Source of the DNA: Felis catus
Taxonomy: Eukaryota
DNA: 64,000 nt
Assembly: GCF_018350175.1 (NCBI RefSeq)
Contig: NC_058368.1
Span: 84,880,001-84,944,000 of the forward strand
Reading direction: 5' to 3'
Positions within the stretch are counted from its first letter, which is position 1; the number at the start of each line of letters is the position of its first letter. Positions 12,470 to 26,647 of the stretch are shown piece by piece. Made by a program: the position numbers and the translations under genes. The notes beneath the pieces were generated by a model. That model had not been told where the DNA came from. It saw only the letters and a program-made list of their open reading frames with translations, and did no database searches.

Positions 12470-15400
12470 GACTCTTTTTTTTGGCTTTTCAAAATAGAAT
12501 ATCATGCCATCTGTAAATAATGAAAGTTTGACTTCCAACTTGCCAATTTGGATGCCTTTTATTTCTTTTTCATGTCTAATTGCTGAGGGAAAGACTTCCA
12601 GTATTATGTTAAATAACAGTAGTAAGAGTGGACATTCCTGTCTTGCTCCTAACTGTGGAGAAAAAGCTTTCAATTTTTCCTTATTAAGGACAATATTTTC
12701 TTTCAGTCTTTCTTTATGTGGCTCTTATTATGTTGAGGCATGTTCCCTCTCTCTCCCTACTTTATTGTTTTTTTTTATCAAGAATGGATGTTGCACTTTG
12801 TCTAAAAATTTTCTGCACATATAACGCTGATCATAAAGTTCTCATCCTCTCTTTTTTAAAAGTGGTGTAGTACCTTGATTGATATGTAAATATTGAACCA
12901 CTTTTTCACCCCAGGAATAGTTCCCACTTGATCATGATGAATGATTCTTTTAATGTACTGTTGTGTTTGGTTTGCTAGTATTTTGATGAGAAGTTTTGCA
13001 CCCATGTTAATGAAGGATACTAGCCTGTAGTTCTCTTCATTAGTGGAATCTTTTTCTGGTTTGGAATCAGGGCAAAACTGGCCTCATAGAATGAATTTGA
13101 AAGTTTTTCTTCCACTTCAGTTTTTTTTAATACTTTAAGAAGAATAGGTATTAACAATTTTTCAACTGTTTGGTAAAATTTCCCTGTGAGCCATCAGTCC
13201 CTGGATTTTGTTTGTTGGGAAATTTTTGAATACGAATTCAATTTCTTTGCTGGCTGTTGGTCTTTTCATGTTTTCTATGTCTTCCTGTCTCAGTTTTATA
13301 GTTCATAGGATTCTAGGAATCTATCCATCTATTCCAGATTATCTGATGTTTGGAATGTAAATTGTTACAATATTCTCATAATTGCTTGCATTTCTGTGGT
13401 ATTAATTGTTATTTCTCCTATCTAATGTGTGTTATTTGGATCCTTTTTCTTTTCTTTTCATTAAGTCATGCTGGGGGGGTATCAATTTTATTAAATTTTT
13501 CAGGGGCGCCTTGGTGGCTCAGTTGGTTAAGCATCCGATTTGGCTCAGGTCATGATCTCACTGTCCATAGGTTTGAGCCCTGTGTCAGGATCTGTGTTGA
13601 CAGCTCAGAACCTGGAGCCTGCTTCAGATTCTGTGTCTTCCTCTATCTCTGTCCCTCCCCTGCTCAGGCTCTGTTTCTGTCTCTCTCTCAAAAATAAATA
13701 GAAAGTTTAAAAAGTTAAAAAAAAAAACTTTTTTTCATAGAACCAGCTCCTTGGTTTATTGATCTGTTATACTGTTTGTTTATTTTGTATATCATTAGTT
13801 CTGCTCTAATATTTATTTCCCCCTACTTCTGCTGTTTAGGTTTCATTTGCTGCTAGTTTTCTGAGTTCTTTAAATGTAAGATTAAGTAGTTTATTTGAGA
13901 TTTTTCTTACTTCTTAAGGTAGGTCTGTATTGCTATACACTTCAGTCTTGAGACTGCTTTTGATGAATCCCAAAGATATTGGACAATCATGTTTTCATTT
14001 TCAGTTGCTTCCATGTATTTTTAAATTTCTTCTTTAATTTCCTGTTTGACCAATTCATTCTTTAGTGGCATGTTGTTTAACCTCCATGTTTCTGTGGCCT
14101 TCCTAATTTTTTTCTTGTGGCGGATTTCAAGTTTCAGAGTATTATGGTCAGAAAGTATGCATGGTATGTTTGCAATCTTTTTGTACTTTTTGATACCTGG
14201 CTTATGACCTAGTATGTGATCTATTCTGGAGAATGTCCCATGGCACTTGAAAAGAATGTGTATTATGCTGCTTTGGGATGAAAATTTTGAATATTAAGTC
14301 CATATGGTCCACTGTCATTCAAAGCCATTGTTTCCTTGTTGATTTTCTGCTTAGATGATCTATACATTGATGTAAGTGGGTTAATAAGTGTTAACGTCCC
14401 CTACTATTATTGCATTATTATTAATGAATTCCTTTGTTTTTCATTAATTGTTTTATATATTTGATTTCCCAAAAACTGGGAGCACACATATTTGAAATTA
14501 TTACATATTATTTTTTAGGAGAGACCACTTTTTAACGATATAGTGCCTTTCTTCATTTCTTCTTACAGTCTTTGGCTTAAAATCTAATTTGTCTGGTATA
14601 AACATTCCTACTTTGGCTTTCTATTGATGTTCTTCTGCTTGATAGATGTTTCTCCATCCCCTCACTTTCAATTTGCTAGTGTCTTTAGGTATAAAATGAG
14701 TGTCTTATAGGCATAATATAGATGGGTATTTTTTCTTATCCATTCTGACACCCTATGTCTTTTCATTGGTGTGTTTCATTCATTTAAATTTAGAATAATA
14801 ACTGATAGATATATATCTAGTGTCATTATGACTTGTTTTGTTATTGTTTCTAGAGATTTTCTCTGTTTCTTTTTCATCTTTGTCACTTTTGATCTTTCTT
14901 TTCCACTCAATGAGTTCCTTTTCATTTCTTGCAGGCTGGTTTAGTGGTCACCATCTCCTTCAGTTTTTGTTTGCCTAGAAACTTGCTATCCTTCTATTAT
15001 GAATGATAATCTTTCTGGATGGAGTCTACATGAATGCAGATTTTTCCCATTCAGTTCACTGAATATATCATGCCACTCCCTTCTGGCTTGTCATGTTTCT
15101 GTGGAGAGATCTGTAACTAATCTTATGGGACTTACCTTGTAAATTAGAGACTTCTTTTGTCTTGCCAGTTTTAGGATTTTTCTTTATCACTATATATGTG
15201 AAATGTAACTACAATACATCTTGGTGTTGGCCTGTTTTCGTCGATCTTGATGAGAGTTCTCTGTGTCTACTGGATCTGGATTTCTGTTTCCCTCCCCAGA
15301 TTCGGGATGTTTTCAACTGTTATTTCCTCAAATAAACCTCTGCTCCCTTTTCCCTCTCTTTTTCTTCTGGGAGTCCTATGATATGAATGCTATGCTTGCT

Positions 15401-17160
15401 GGAGTAACTGAGTTCCCTAAATCTACCCTCATAACCCACCATTCTTCTTTCTCTCTTTTTTCAGATTCATTATTTTCTGCTTGATAGATGTTTCCATCTT
15501 CTGTATCACTTATTTGTCTTCTTCTTCCATCCTTGTGCTTATTTACATCCAGTCTGTTTTGAATCTCAATTATTGTATTTTTCATTTCTGTCTGGATGTT
15601 TTTTAGGTCTTTTATCTCTGCAGTTAGGGTCCCCTGGTGCCTTCCATATTTTCCTCAAGCCCCCCTGGTTTCCTTATGATTTTGCTTTAAATTCTCTATC
15701 AGGCATTTTACTTATATTTTTTCAATTGATTTCTGGCCATGACTCTTTCTTGTTCTTTCTTTTGGGATGAATTCTTCTGTTTCAGCATTGTGTCTAAGTC
15801 TCCAAGTCTCTGTCTTCTCTGTGTTAGGAAAGCCTGTTATGTTTACTTTTCCAAGAGTAATGGCCTTATGAAGAAGAGATCTTACAATATTCAGAACCTG
15901 TTGCTTCAGTGAGTGTTTCTGATGTGTGCTGCATGCACCCTGGAGCTGTGTTTTGCCTGCTCTCTCAGGTCAGTCGTCTGCAGAGTTTCTCCTTGCCTGC
16001 AGTGTGAGAAGTGTTTGGGTCTTGGCCAGAATGTGTTGAGTTTTAACTTGGTGTGTCCATGGTCTGCTTTGGAAATGAGACATGATGCTACTTCCACTAG
16101 AACTCAAAGCTTGCAAAACTGTTTTATCAGTAGATATAGTGCATAAGGAGGTTTGTGCTGGTCTTCTTTGGAAGGGGCCCACTACGCTAGTCTATAAGCA
16201 CACTTGCTCCAGAAAAGTAGTACCAGCAGAACACAGTGGGGTGGGAATTGGTGTAAGCAGGATACACAGGTGGTGCTGCTGTGCTGTATATTGAAGTTAA
16301 TTTATACTGAGTGCCAGGAGTTCATTATAAACTAAACTCCCAGCCAGGTCCTTTGTCCCAAGAGAGGAGACTCTGTGCTTGTTGCTCTGTGGGAAGCACT
16401 CCTAGAAGAGTAAAAATATTCCCCTCATATACCCTAGGCATTTCATATCACTGTTTTCACACTGTCTGTCACTGTGTTGCTTGCCAGAGTAGAGCAGCAG
16501 TGAACAGTGAACTTTGGGCTCTATCACAGACAAACCAGCTGACTTAGAACTATAAAATTCAGTAACATGCTGTGGTGGGTACCTGAGCTGGTCTTTAGGG
16601 GGAAGGTCTTGCTATGCTGGGACTGATACAGGTTTTCCCCAGAAGGACAGCTGTGGCAAAGCACAGGGACATGGGATTTGGAGCAAAGCAGGCGGAACAT
16701 CTAGTATCCAGGTTAGCCAGCCTCAGCAGGCTCTCTTTATGCTGAGGGATGAGAGAGGGAAATGTCACTCTCCAGTTCTTTTGTCCCTAGACAGGCAATG
16801 CCACCTCTTGCGGGAGTTCTCCAAGTATGAACAGACTTTCCCTCTGATCCTTAGCTGATCTTCAGATACTGTCATCTACCCCAGGGTTGATTGTCTACCT
16901 TCTTTCCAGGAGTATGGTGTGCTGTCAGGTCTCTAGCCCAGCCAAACCTGGGGACTTCTAAAATTTAACTCTTTGAGCCCCACTGGTTGAAAAAACTCAC
17001 AAAGATCAGCCCCTCACATTTCCTCAGCCAATGGCTTTGGGGAAGTGTTCTTTTTGTGTGTATCCTTGGGCACTCTACTCTCCCTCCCCTTTCTCCATGA
17101 CCACGGTGTGTTTGAGGGACAAAGAAGCCTAGAGTCTTCCTACTTCACCATCACCCTAGC
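12470..17160 (-). mobile_element. Old carnivore LINE-1: 5'UTR, ORF1 and ORF2 up to the RT core; 3' part missing; decayed
   Basis: ORF 12422-12673 has LLFNIILEV...[13 protein letters not shown] (RT). ORF1-like remnants at ~14920-15790 and 5'UTR to ~17160. Confidence 0.9.
13503..13727 (+). mobile_element. Felid SINE inserted in L1
   Basis: ggggcgccttggtggctcagttggttaagcatccga, A tail. Confidence 0.95.
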
Positions 17161-17219
17161 ACCCCTCAGTCCTTGTGTTAAAGCCTAGTTTTTCAACCAG
17201 TGGGGCTCAAAGACTGAAA

Positions 17220-19733
17220 GTATTGCTACTCTGGCTTTATTTTGACATCCATTTGCTTGTAATTAGTTCTCCACCCCCTCACTTTCAATCTGCAGGTGCC
17301 TGTAAGTCTGAAATGAGTCCCTTGTGGGCAGCATATAGATGGACTTTGTCTTTTATCCATTCTGACACCCTATGTCTTTTGTTAGGAGGGTTTAGTCTAT
17401 TTATATTCAAAGTAACTATTGATAGAATTATTTTTCATTTTATTTCTTATCTTGTCATGATTTGCAAAGATTTCTTCTGATCATCTTGTCTTTGTCACTT
17501 TTGGTCTCTCCTTTCCTCTCAAAGGGTCCCTTTTAATATTCCTTGCAGGCCTGTTTAGTGGTCATGAATTCATTTATGTTTTGTTTGTCTGGGAAGTTAT
17601 CTTCCCTTCCATTCTAAATGAAAGCTTTGCTAAAAAGAGTACTCTTGGTTACAGATTTTTCCCATTTATCATTTTGAATATATCATGACACTCCCTTCTT
17701 GCTTGCCAAGTATCTGTTGAGAAATCTACAGATAGCATTATGGTTCTTTCCTTCCATGTTAAGGACTTCTTTTGTCTCACTGCTGTTTTTTTTTTGTTGT
17801 TGTTGTTGTTTTTGTTTTGTTTTTTAGTTTACGTTTATTTATTTTCAGAGAGATAGAGAAATCAAGCGGGGGAGAGGCAGAGAGAGGGAGACAGAATACC
17901 AAGCAGGCTCTGTGCTGTCTGTACAGAGCCCAATGTGGAGCTCGAAATCGTGAACCATGAGATCATGACCTGAGCACAAATCAAGAGTCAGACATTGAAC
18001 CAACTGGGCCATCCAGGCACCCCTGTCTTGCTGTTTTAAAGATTTTTTTTCTTTATCACTATATTTAAAAATCGAATTACATGTCATTGTGTTGCCCTGC
18101 TTTTGTTGATTTTGATGGGAGTTCTCTGTGCCTCCTGGATATGGATGTCTGTTTCCTTCCCCAGATTAGGGAAGTTTTCAGCTATCATTTTCTCAAATAA
18201 ATTTTTTGCACCCCTTTCTCTCTCTTCTGGGAATCCTATAATACAGATATTATTATATTATAAGGAGTCATTGAGTTCTCTAAATCTATTCGCATTTTGC
18301 ATAATTCTTCTTTCTCTCTTTTGTCCAACTTATTATTTTCCATCGTTTTGGCCTTTATGTCATTAATTCATTTCCCTGGTTCTTCTAGTCCGCTGTTCAT
18401 TGCTTGAAACCTGTTTCTAGTCTCATTTATTGCATTCTTCAGTTTAAAAACTGAAAAAAGATTGATCCTTTTTTAACTTTTATGTTTGTGGTATGGATCT
18501 CCCTGAGCATTCTATTCTTTACTGAAGCCCAGTGAGTATACTTACGATTGTTTTTTAAACTCCATCAGATATATTATTTATATATGTTTCACTTAGATCT
18601 CTGGCTGTGGCCTTCTCTTGTTTTTCCATTTGGGATTAATTCCTCTGTCTTGTTATTTTGTCTAACTCTCTGCCTTCTTCTTTATATTAGAAAATCCAGT
18701 TATATTTCCTGCACTGAAAGTAATGTCTCTGTGAAGAAGAAGTATGTAGTGTGTAGGCACTGATGTTTCAGGGAGTTTCTGTGATGTGTGATCCATACCC
18801 TCTGCTGTTGTGCTTTGACTGCACTGACCTACATGCTAATTATCTGCAGAGGCTCTCCTTGCCTGCTGTAGGCAGTGTTTCGTCCTTGGTCAGAATGTGA
18901 CAGTTTTTAACTAGGTGTGCTCTCATCTGCTGGTGAAATAAGACCTGATACTACTATGAGCACTAAGGCCTGAAGAACTCTCTGGCTCAGAGATGTGGTG
19001 TGGGCAGAGGTTTGTTCTGGTTCTCTTGAAGAGGTGCCCGCTGCACTGGGGCAAGTTTGACTGAGAAGAGCAGTCTCACCACAGCACAAGGGTGTAGGAC
19101 TTGGTGTAAGCAAGTTAGGTGCTGCTTTAACAAGCGTTTCCATGTGTTTATGCTTAGAGTCAGGGGAGAGAAATGAATCCAGCCAAATCCTTTGTTCCCA
19201 GAGGGGTGTCTTTGAATGCTGCTTTTAGGGACACACTCCAAGAGTAAATAATCTCCCCACTTTGTCCCTCAAGCCTCTTCAGATTGTTGTGTCCATGCCT
19301 TCTACCCCAGGTTATTTTCCTGCCTTCTCTCCAGAAGTAGTACAATGCCTTCTGGCTCTATCCCAGCCAAGTGTGCTGACTTTTAAAACTCCAGGCTTTA
19401 AACCAGACTCGTATTAAGAACTCAAATAATTCAACCCCTCTTATTGTCCAAGCCTATAGGGAAATATTCTCCTTGTGTGTTCTGTGTTCTCTCCCTCTCA
19501 CCTGTCTCTATGACCATGACTCCATCCCTTACTCTATATCTATGATCCTTTTCTCCCCTAAACCATGTCTCTGTGTTTCCTACATGCTTTGACGTGACCT
19601 CTTATCTCACTTTAATCATTGAGTTTGCTTTGTGTGTCTAGGATATTTAGGATAATTTGATAGTTATCTAGTTTTGTTTGTGGATGTGATGAGCTTAGGG
19701 TCCTGCTACTTTGCCACCATCTTTCTCTTCCTC
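17220..19733 (-). mobile_element. Old LINE-1 5' part (5'UTR, ORF1, start of ORF2 endonuclease)
   Basis: Parallels 14600-17150. The 5' end carries ccaccatctt, a YY1-like site. Confidence 0.85.
17785..18023 (-). mobile_element. Felid SINE inserted in L1 ORF1
   Basis: Ends ccatccaggcacccc, with a T/GTT-rich tail. Confidence 0.93.
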
Positions 19734-19739
19734 ACACTT

Positions 19740-21100
19740 CATGGTTTTTTGATAGCGGATTCAATTTTATTACTTGTAATCAGGTTGTTTAGATTTTGTA
19801 TTTCTTCCTATCTTATTTTTGGAAGGTTGTAAATTTCTTTCAATTTATTGATTTCTTCTAGGTTATCCATTTTTTAGCATATAATTTTTCATTGTATTCT
19901 CTTATAATCCTTTTAGTTCTGTGGTGTCAATTGGTACTTTCCCTCTCTTCTTTTGGATTTTACTTATTTGGATGTTTTGTATTTTTTTCTTGATGACTCT
20001 GGTTAAGGATTTGTCAATTTTGTTTGTGTTTTCAAATAACCAGCTTTTGTTTTCTTCAAATTCTCTATTGTGCTTTTTAGTGGCTATGTAATTTATTTCC
20101 AATTCTTAATATTTCCTTTATTTTATGCATGCTTGGCTATATTTGTTCTTTTTCCTGTTTCTTTAGGTGTAAGACTTAATTGTTTATTTGAGCTTTTTCT
20201 TGTTTCTTGACACAGGCCTTCTCTGCTGTATACTTTCCTCTTAGAACTGCTTTGTCTGTGTCCCATAGACTTTGGAACGTTATGTTTTAACTTTCTTATC
20301 TATCATTTATTCACTGATTGTTTTATTGATTCATTTGTTATTAGTATCATATTGTTTAGTCTCCATGTGTTTGTATATTTTCCACTTTTTTCCTTGTGAT
20401 TTATTTCTGGTTTCCTACTATTGTGATCAGAATACATACATTGTATGATTTCAATCTATTTAAATATATTGATGCTTGCTTCCCTCCGCCCCCCCAAATG
20501 TGTAATCTATTCTGGAGAAGGTCCATGTGCAGTTGAAAGAATGTGTATTCTGCTGTTTTTGGATGGAATATTCAGTGTATATCTGTTATGTTCATATGGT
20601 GCAATGTGTCATTAAGATATTTTTTCCTTTATGGATTTTCTGTCTACCCATTGATGTAATTGGAGTGCTAATTCTCTGTACTGTTATTACATTACCATCA
20701 ATTTCTCTATTTATGTTCATTTATGCTTGCTTTATATTTTTAGCTGCTCCAGTGTTGGGTGACTAGATATTTACATTGCTATATCCTTTTGTTGGATTGA
20801 TCCTTTTATCATTATGCAATGTCCTTCTTTGTCTCTTGTTACAGTTTTTGTTTAAACTTCTTCTTTTCATACTAATATAAGAATTGCTATCTCATCTTTT
20901 TTTTTTACTTCTATTTGCATGGTGAATATTTTTACATCCCTTTATCTTCATTCAGTATGTGTCTTTTGGTCTGATGTGCATCTTGTGTAGACAACATATA
21001 TATGGGACTTGTTTTTATATCTCTTCTGCCATCCTTTGTCTATTGTTTGGAACATTTAGGCCATTTACATCTAAAGTAATTATTGATAGATACATAAGTA
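19740..21100 (-). mobile_element. Older L1 ORF2 fragment (endonuclease and Z region)
   Basis: ORF 19902-20102 reads KSWLFENTNKIDKSLTRVIKKK. Heavily diverged. Confidence 0.8.
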
Positions 21101-21104
21101 TTAC

Positions 21105-22050
21105 CATGTGTAGATTGCTTTGGGTAGTAGTGACATTTTAACAATATTTGTTCTTCTGATCCAAGAGCATGGGATGTTTTTTTCCACTTCTTTCTGTCTT
21201 CTTCAATTTCTTTCACAAGGTTTCTATAGTTTTCAGTGTACAGATCTTTTACCTCTTTGTTTAGGTTTATTCCTAGGCATTTTATGGGTTTTGATGCAAT
21301 TGTAAATGGGATTGATTCCTTGATTTCCCATTCTGCTGCTTCATTATTGGTGTATAGAAATGCAACCAATTTATGTACTTTTTTTTTAAATTTTGATATC
21401 CAAGGAATTTTCTATATTCATGTACAAGTTGTAGCAACTTTTTGGTGGAGTCTTTTGGGTTTTCCATATAGACTGTCATGTCATCTGAGAAGAGTGAAAG
21501 TTTGAGATCTTCACTGCCAATTAACATGCCCTTTATTTCTTTTTGTTGTCTGATTTCTGAGGCTAGGGCTTCCAGTACTATGTTGAACAACAGTGGTGAG
21601 AGTGGACATCCCAGTCGTGTTCCTGACCTTATAGGGAAAGCTCTTATTTTTCACCATTGAGGATGATTTTAGCTGTGGATCTTTCATATATGGTCTTTAT
21701 GAAGTTGAGCCATGTTCCTTCTATGCCCACTATTCTTTTGAAATTGTTTCAAAAAATAGAAATGGAAGGAAACTTCCAAAATGATTCTGTTAAGCTATCA
21801 GTACCTTGATTCCAAAACTAGACAATAACCCCACTAAAAAGGAGAATTACAGACCAATTTTCCTGATGAACCACAATGCAAAAATTCTTAACAAGATCCT
21901 TGTAACTCAAATCCAACAATACATTAAAATAATTATTGACCAAGATTATGTGAAATTTATTTTTTCACCAGAGGGTGAGTCAATATCTGTAAATAAATCA
22001 ACATGATACACAATGTGGCATTTGACAAAATGCAACATCCTTTCTTAAAA
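21105..22050. mobile_element. L1 ORF2 fragment with a 5' inversion (minus 21105-21732, plus 21733-22050)
   Basis: Minus part: FNIVLEALA...[11 protein letters not shown]. Plus part: [21 protein letters not shown]. The two segments are adjacent in ORF2. Confidence 0.8.
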
Positions 22051-22777
22051 AAACTAACAAAAAAACCCCAGAAAAAAACCCTTCTTCAGTCTTTTTAAAA
22101 CCATATCTTCTGTACTTTGAGATTGAGCTTATTTATCCAACTGCTAATACTTTCTAGACTCTTGGGTTTTGTGGAACACTATTTTGAAAATGTTGAGCAT
22201 GTTCAGCATTAGCAGCTAACAAGGTGTTACTTTATTTCTAGAAATTCTAAATTAAACAATAATTTTTATTTTGGGTTTTTAATGTTATTGCTATGTGGAA
22301 CAGAGATCTTTGACCCTGGAGGAGAAAGATCCATTTTTTTGTGTGAGAACAATGAAAGAAAGCACTTTTATAATTATTTTTGTTAGTGTAAAACATTTCA
22401 ACTGCTTTGCCTTAAAATATGCAAAAAAACCCACAATATATTGAGATCTTGCTTTTAAAGTAACTTCTAGGAAGCACAAATTTTTATTTTATTTTATTTA
22501 GTTTTTCAATGAGTAAAATAGAATTTAGATTCCTCTTATTGATAATTTATTTTTTTATATGAAATTTATTGACAAATTGGTTTTCATACAACACCCAGTG
22601 CTCATCCCAAAAGGTGCCCTCCTCAAAACCCATCACCCACCCTCTCCTCCCTCCCACCCCCCATCAACCCTCAGTTTGTTCTCAGTTTTTAACAGTCTCT
22701 TATGCTTTGGCTCTCTCCCACTCTAACCTGTTTTTTTTTTTTTTCTTCCCCTCCCCCATGGGTTCCTGTTAAGTTTC

Positions 22778-25700
22778 TCAGGATCCACATAAGAATGAAA
22801 CCATATGGTATCTGTCTTTCTCTGTATGGCTTATTTCACTTAGCATCACACTCTCCAGTTCCATCCACGTTGCTACAAAAGGCCATATTTCATTTTTTCT
22901 CATTGCCACGTAATATTCCATTGTGTATATAAACCACAATTTCTTTATCCATTCATCAGTTGATGGACATTTAGGCTCTTTCCATAATTTGGCTATTGTT
23001 GAGAGTGCTGCTATGAACATTGGGGTACAAGTGGCCCTATGCATCAGTACTCCTGTATCCCTTGGATAAATTCCTAGCAGTGCTATTGCTGGGTCATAGG
23101 GTAGGTCTATTTTTAATTTTCTGAGGAACCTCCACACTGCTTTCCAGAGCGGCTGCACCAATTTGCATTCCCACCAACAGTGCAAGAAGGTTCCCGTTTC
23201 TCCACATCCTCTCCAGCATCTATAGTCTCCTGATTTGTTCATTTTGGCCACTCTGACTGGCGTGAGGTGATGTCTGAGTGTGGTTTTGATTTGTATTTCC
23301 CTGATAAGGAGCGACGTTGAGCATCTTTTCATGTGCCTGTTGGCCATCCGGATGTCTTCTTTAGAGAAGTGTCTATTCATGTTTTCTGCCCATTTCTTCA
23401 CTGGGTTATTTGTTTTTTGGGTGTGGGTTTGGTGAGCTCTTTATAGATTTTGGATACTAGCCCTTTGTCCGATATGTCATTTGCGAATATCTTTTCCCAT
23501 TCCGTTGGTTGCCTTTTAGTTTTGTTGGTTGTTTCCTTTGCTGTGCAGAAGCTTTTTCTCTTCATAAGGTCCCAGTAATTCACTTTTGCTTTTAATTCCC
23601 TTGCCTTTGGGGATGTGTCGAGTAAGAGATTGCTACGGCTGAGGTCAGAGAGGTCTTTTCCTGCTTTCTCCTCTAAGGTTTTGATGGTTTCCTGTCTCAC
23701 ATTCAGGTCCTTTATCCATTTTGAGTTTATTTTTGTGAATGGTGTGAGAAAGTGGTCTAGTTTCAACCTTCTGCATGTTGCTGCCCAGTTCTCCCAGCAC
23801 CATTTGTTAAAGAGGCTGTCTTTTTTCCATTGGAAGTTCTTTCCTGCTTTGTCAAAGATGAGTTGGCCATACGTTTGTGGGTCTCGTTCTGGGGTTTCTA
23901 TTCTATTCCATTGGTCTATGTGTCTGTTTTTGTGCCAATACCATGCTGTCTTGATGATGACAGCTTTGTAGTAGAGGCTAAAGTCTGGGATTGTGATGCC
24001 TCCTGCTTTGGTCTTCTTCTTCAAAATTCCTTTGGCTATTCGGGGCCTTTTGTGGTTCCATATGAATTTTAGGGTTGCTTGTTCTAGTTTCGAGAAGAAT
24101 GCTGGTGCAATTTTGATTGGGATTGCATTGAATGTGTAGATAGCTTTGGGTAGTATTGACATTTTGACAATATTTATTCTTCCAATCCATGAGCAGGGAA
24201 TGTCTTTCCATTTCTTTAAATCTTCAATTTCCTTCATAAGCTTTCTATAGTTTTCAGCATACAGATCCTTTACATCTTTGGTTAGATTTATTCCTAGGTA
24301 TTTTATGCTTCTTGGTGCAATTGTGAATGGGATAAGTTTCTTTATTTGTCTTTCTGTTGCTTCATTGTTAGTGTATAAGAATGCAACTGATTTCTGTACA
24401 TTGATTTTGTATCCTGCAACTTTGCTGAATTCCTGTATCAGTTCTAGCAGACTTTTGGTGGAGTCTATCGGATTTTCCATGTATAATATCATGTCATCTG
24501 CAAAAAGCGAAAGCTTGACTTCATCTTTGCCAATTTTGATGCCTTTGATGTCCTTTTGTTGTCTGATTGCTGATGCTAGAACTTCCAGCACTATGTTAAA
24601 CAGCAGCGGTGAGAGTGGGCATCCTTGTCGTGTTCCTGATCTCAGGGAAAAGGCTCTCAGTTTTTCCCTGTTGAGGATGATGTTTGCTGTGGGCTTTTCA
24701 TAAATGGCTTTTATGATCTTTAAGTATGTTCCTTCTATCCCGACTTTCTCAAGGGTTTTTATTAAGAAATGGTGCTGGATTTTGTCAAAGGCCTTTTCTG
24801 CATTGATTGACAGGATCATATGGTTCTTCTCTTTTTTTTGTTAATGTGATGTATCACGTTGATTGATTAGCGAATGTTGAACCAGCCCTGCATCCCAGGA
24901 ATGAATCCCACTTGATCATGGTGAATAATTCTTTTTATATGCCATTGAATTCGATTTGCTAGTATCTTATTGAGAATTTTTGCATCCATATTCATCAGGG
25001 ATATTGGCCTGTAGTTCTCTTTTTTTACTGGGTCTCTGTCTGGTTTAGGAATCAAAGTAATACTGGCTTCATGGAATGAGTCTGGAAGTTTTCCTTCCCT
25101 TTCTATTTCTTGGAATAGCTTGAGAAGGATAGGTATTATCTCTGCTTTAAACGTCTGGTAGAACTCCCCTGGGAAGCCATCTGGTCCTGGACTCTTATTT
25201 GTTGGGAGATTTTTGATAACCGATTCAATTTCTTCGCTGGTTATGGGTCTGTTCAAGCTTTCTATTTCCTCCTGATTGAGTTTTGGAAGAGTGTGGGTGT
25301 TCAGGAATTTGTCCATTTCTTCCAGGTTGTCCAATTTGTTGGCATATAATTTTTCATAGTATTCCCTGATAATTGTTTGTATCTCTGAGGGATTGGTTGT
25401 AATAATTCCATTTTCATTCATGATTTTATCTATTTGGGTCATCTCCCTTTTCTTTTTGAGAAGCCTGTCTAGAGGTTTGTCAATTTTGTTTATTTTGTCA
25501 AAAAACCAACTCTTGGTTTTGTTGATCTGTTCTATAGTTTTTTTAGATTCTATATTGTTTATTTCTGCTCTGATCTTTATTATTTCTCTTCTTATGCTGG
25601 GTTTAGGCTGCCTTTGCTGTTCTGCTTCTAGTTCCTTTAGGTGTGTTGTTAGGTTTTGTATTTGGGATTTTTCTTGTTTCTTGAGATAGGCCTAGATTGC

Positions 25701-26597
25701 AATGTATTTTCCTCTCAGGACTGCCTTCACTGCGTCCCAAAGCGTTTGGATTGTTGTATTTTCATTTTCGTTTGTTTCCATATATTTTTTAATTTCTTCT
25801 CTAATTGCCTGGTTGACCCACTCATTCGTTAGTAGGGTGTTCTTTAACCTCCATGCCTTTGGAGGTTTTCCAGACTTTTTTCTGTGGTTGATTTCAAGCT
25901 TCATAGCATTGTGGTCTGAAAGTATGCATGGTATAATTTCAATTCTTGTAAACTTATGAAGGGCTGTTTTGTGACCCAGTATATGATCTATATTGGTGAA
26001 TGATCAATGTGCACTCGAGAAGAAAGTATATTCTGTTGCTTTAGGATGCAGAGTTCTAAATATATCTGTCAAGTCCATCTGATCCATTGTCTCATTCAGG
26101 GCCCTTGTTTCTTTATTGACCGTGTGTCTAGATGATCTATCCATTTCTGTAAGTGGGGTGTTAAAGTCCCCTGCAATTACCACATTCTTATCAATAAGGT
26201 TGCTTATGTTTATGAGTAATTGTTTTATATATTTGGGGGCTCCGGTATTCGGCGCATAGACATTTATAATTGTTAGCTCTTTCTGATGGATAGACCCTGT
26301 AACTATTATATAATGTCCTTCTTCATCTCTTGTTACATCCTTTAATTTAAAGTCTAGTTTGTCTGATATAAGTATGGCTACTCCAGCTTTCTTTTGGCTT
26401 CCAGTCGCATGATAAATAGTTCTCCATCCCCTCACTCTCAATCTAAAGGTGTGCTCAGGTCTAAAATGAGTCTCTTGTAGACAGCAAATAGATGGGTCTT
26501 GCTTTTTTATCCATTCTGATACCCTGTGGCTTTTGGTTGGTGCATTTAATCCGTTTACATTCAGTGTTATTATAGAAAGATACGGGTGTAGAGTCAT
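22778..26597 (-). pseudogene. L1 ORF2 (endonuclease, reverse transcriptase, CCHC), disrupted
   Basis: [71 protein letters not shown]. Stops at 26004, 25692 and 24867; frameshift near 23400. Confidence 0.97.
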
Positions 26598-26647
26598 TGT
26601 GATGTCTGTATGTTTTATGCTTGTAGTGACGTCTCTGGGACTTTGTC

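Noticed and set aside
22620..22672. G-rich tract on the minus strand (possible G-quadruplex)
   Set aside because: Standard polypurine tract of L1 3'UTRs, also present at 36655-36710.
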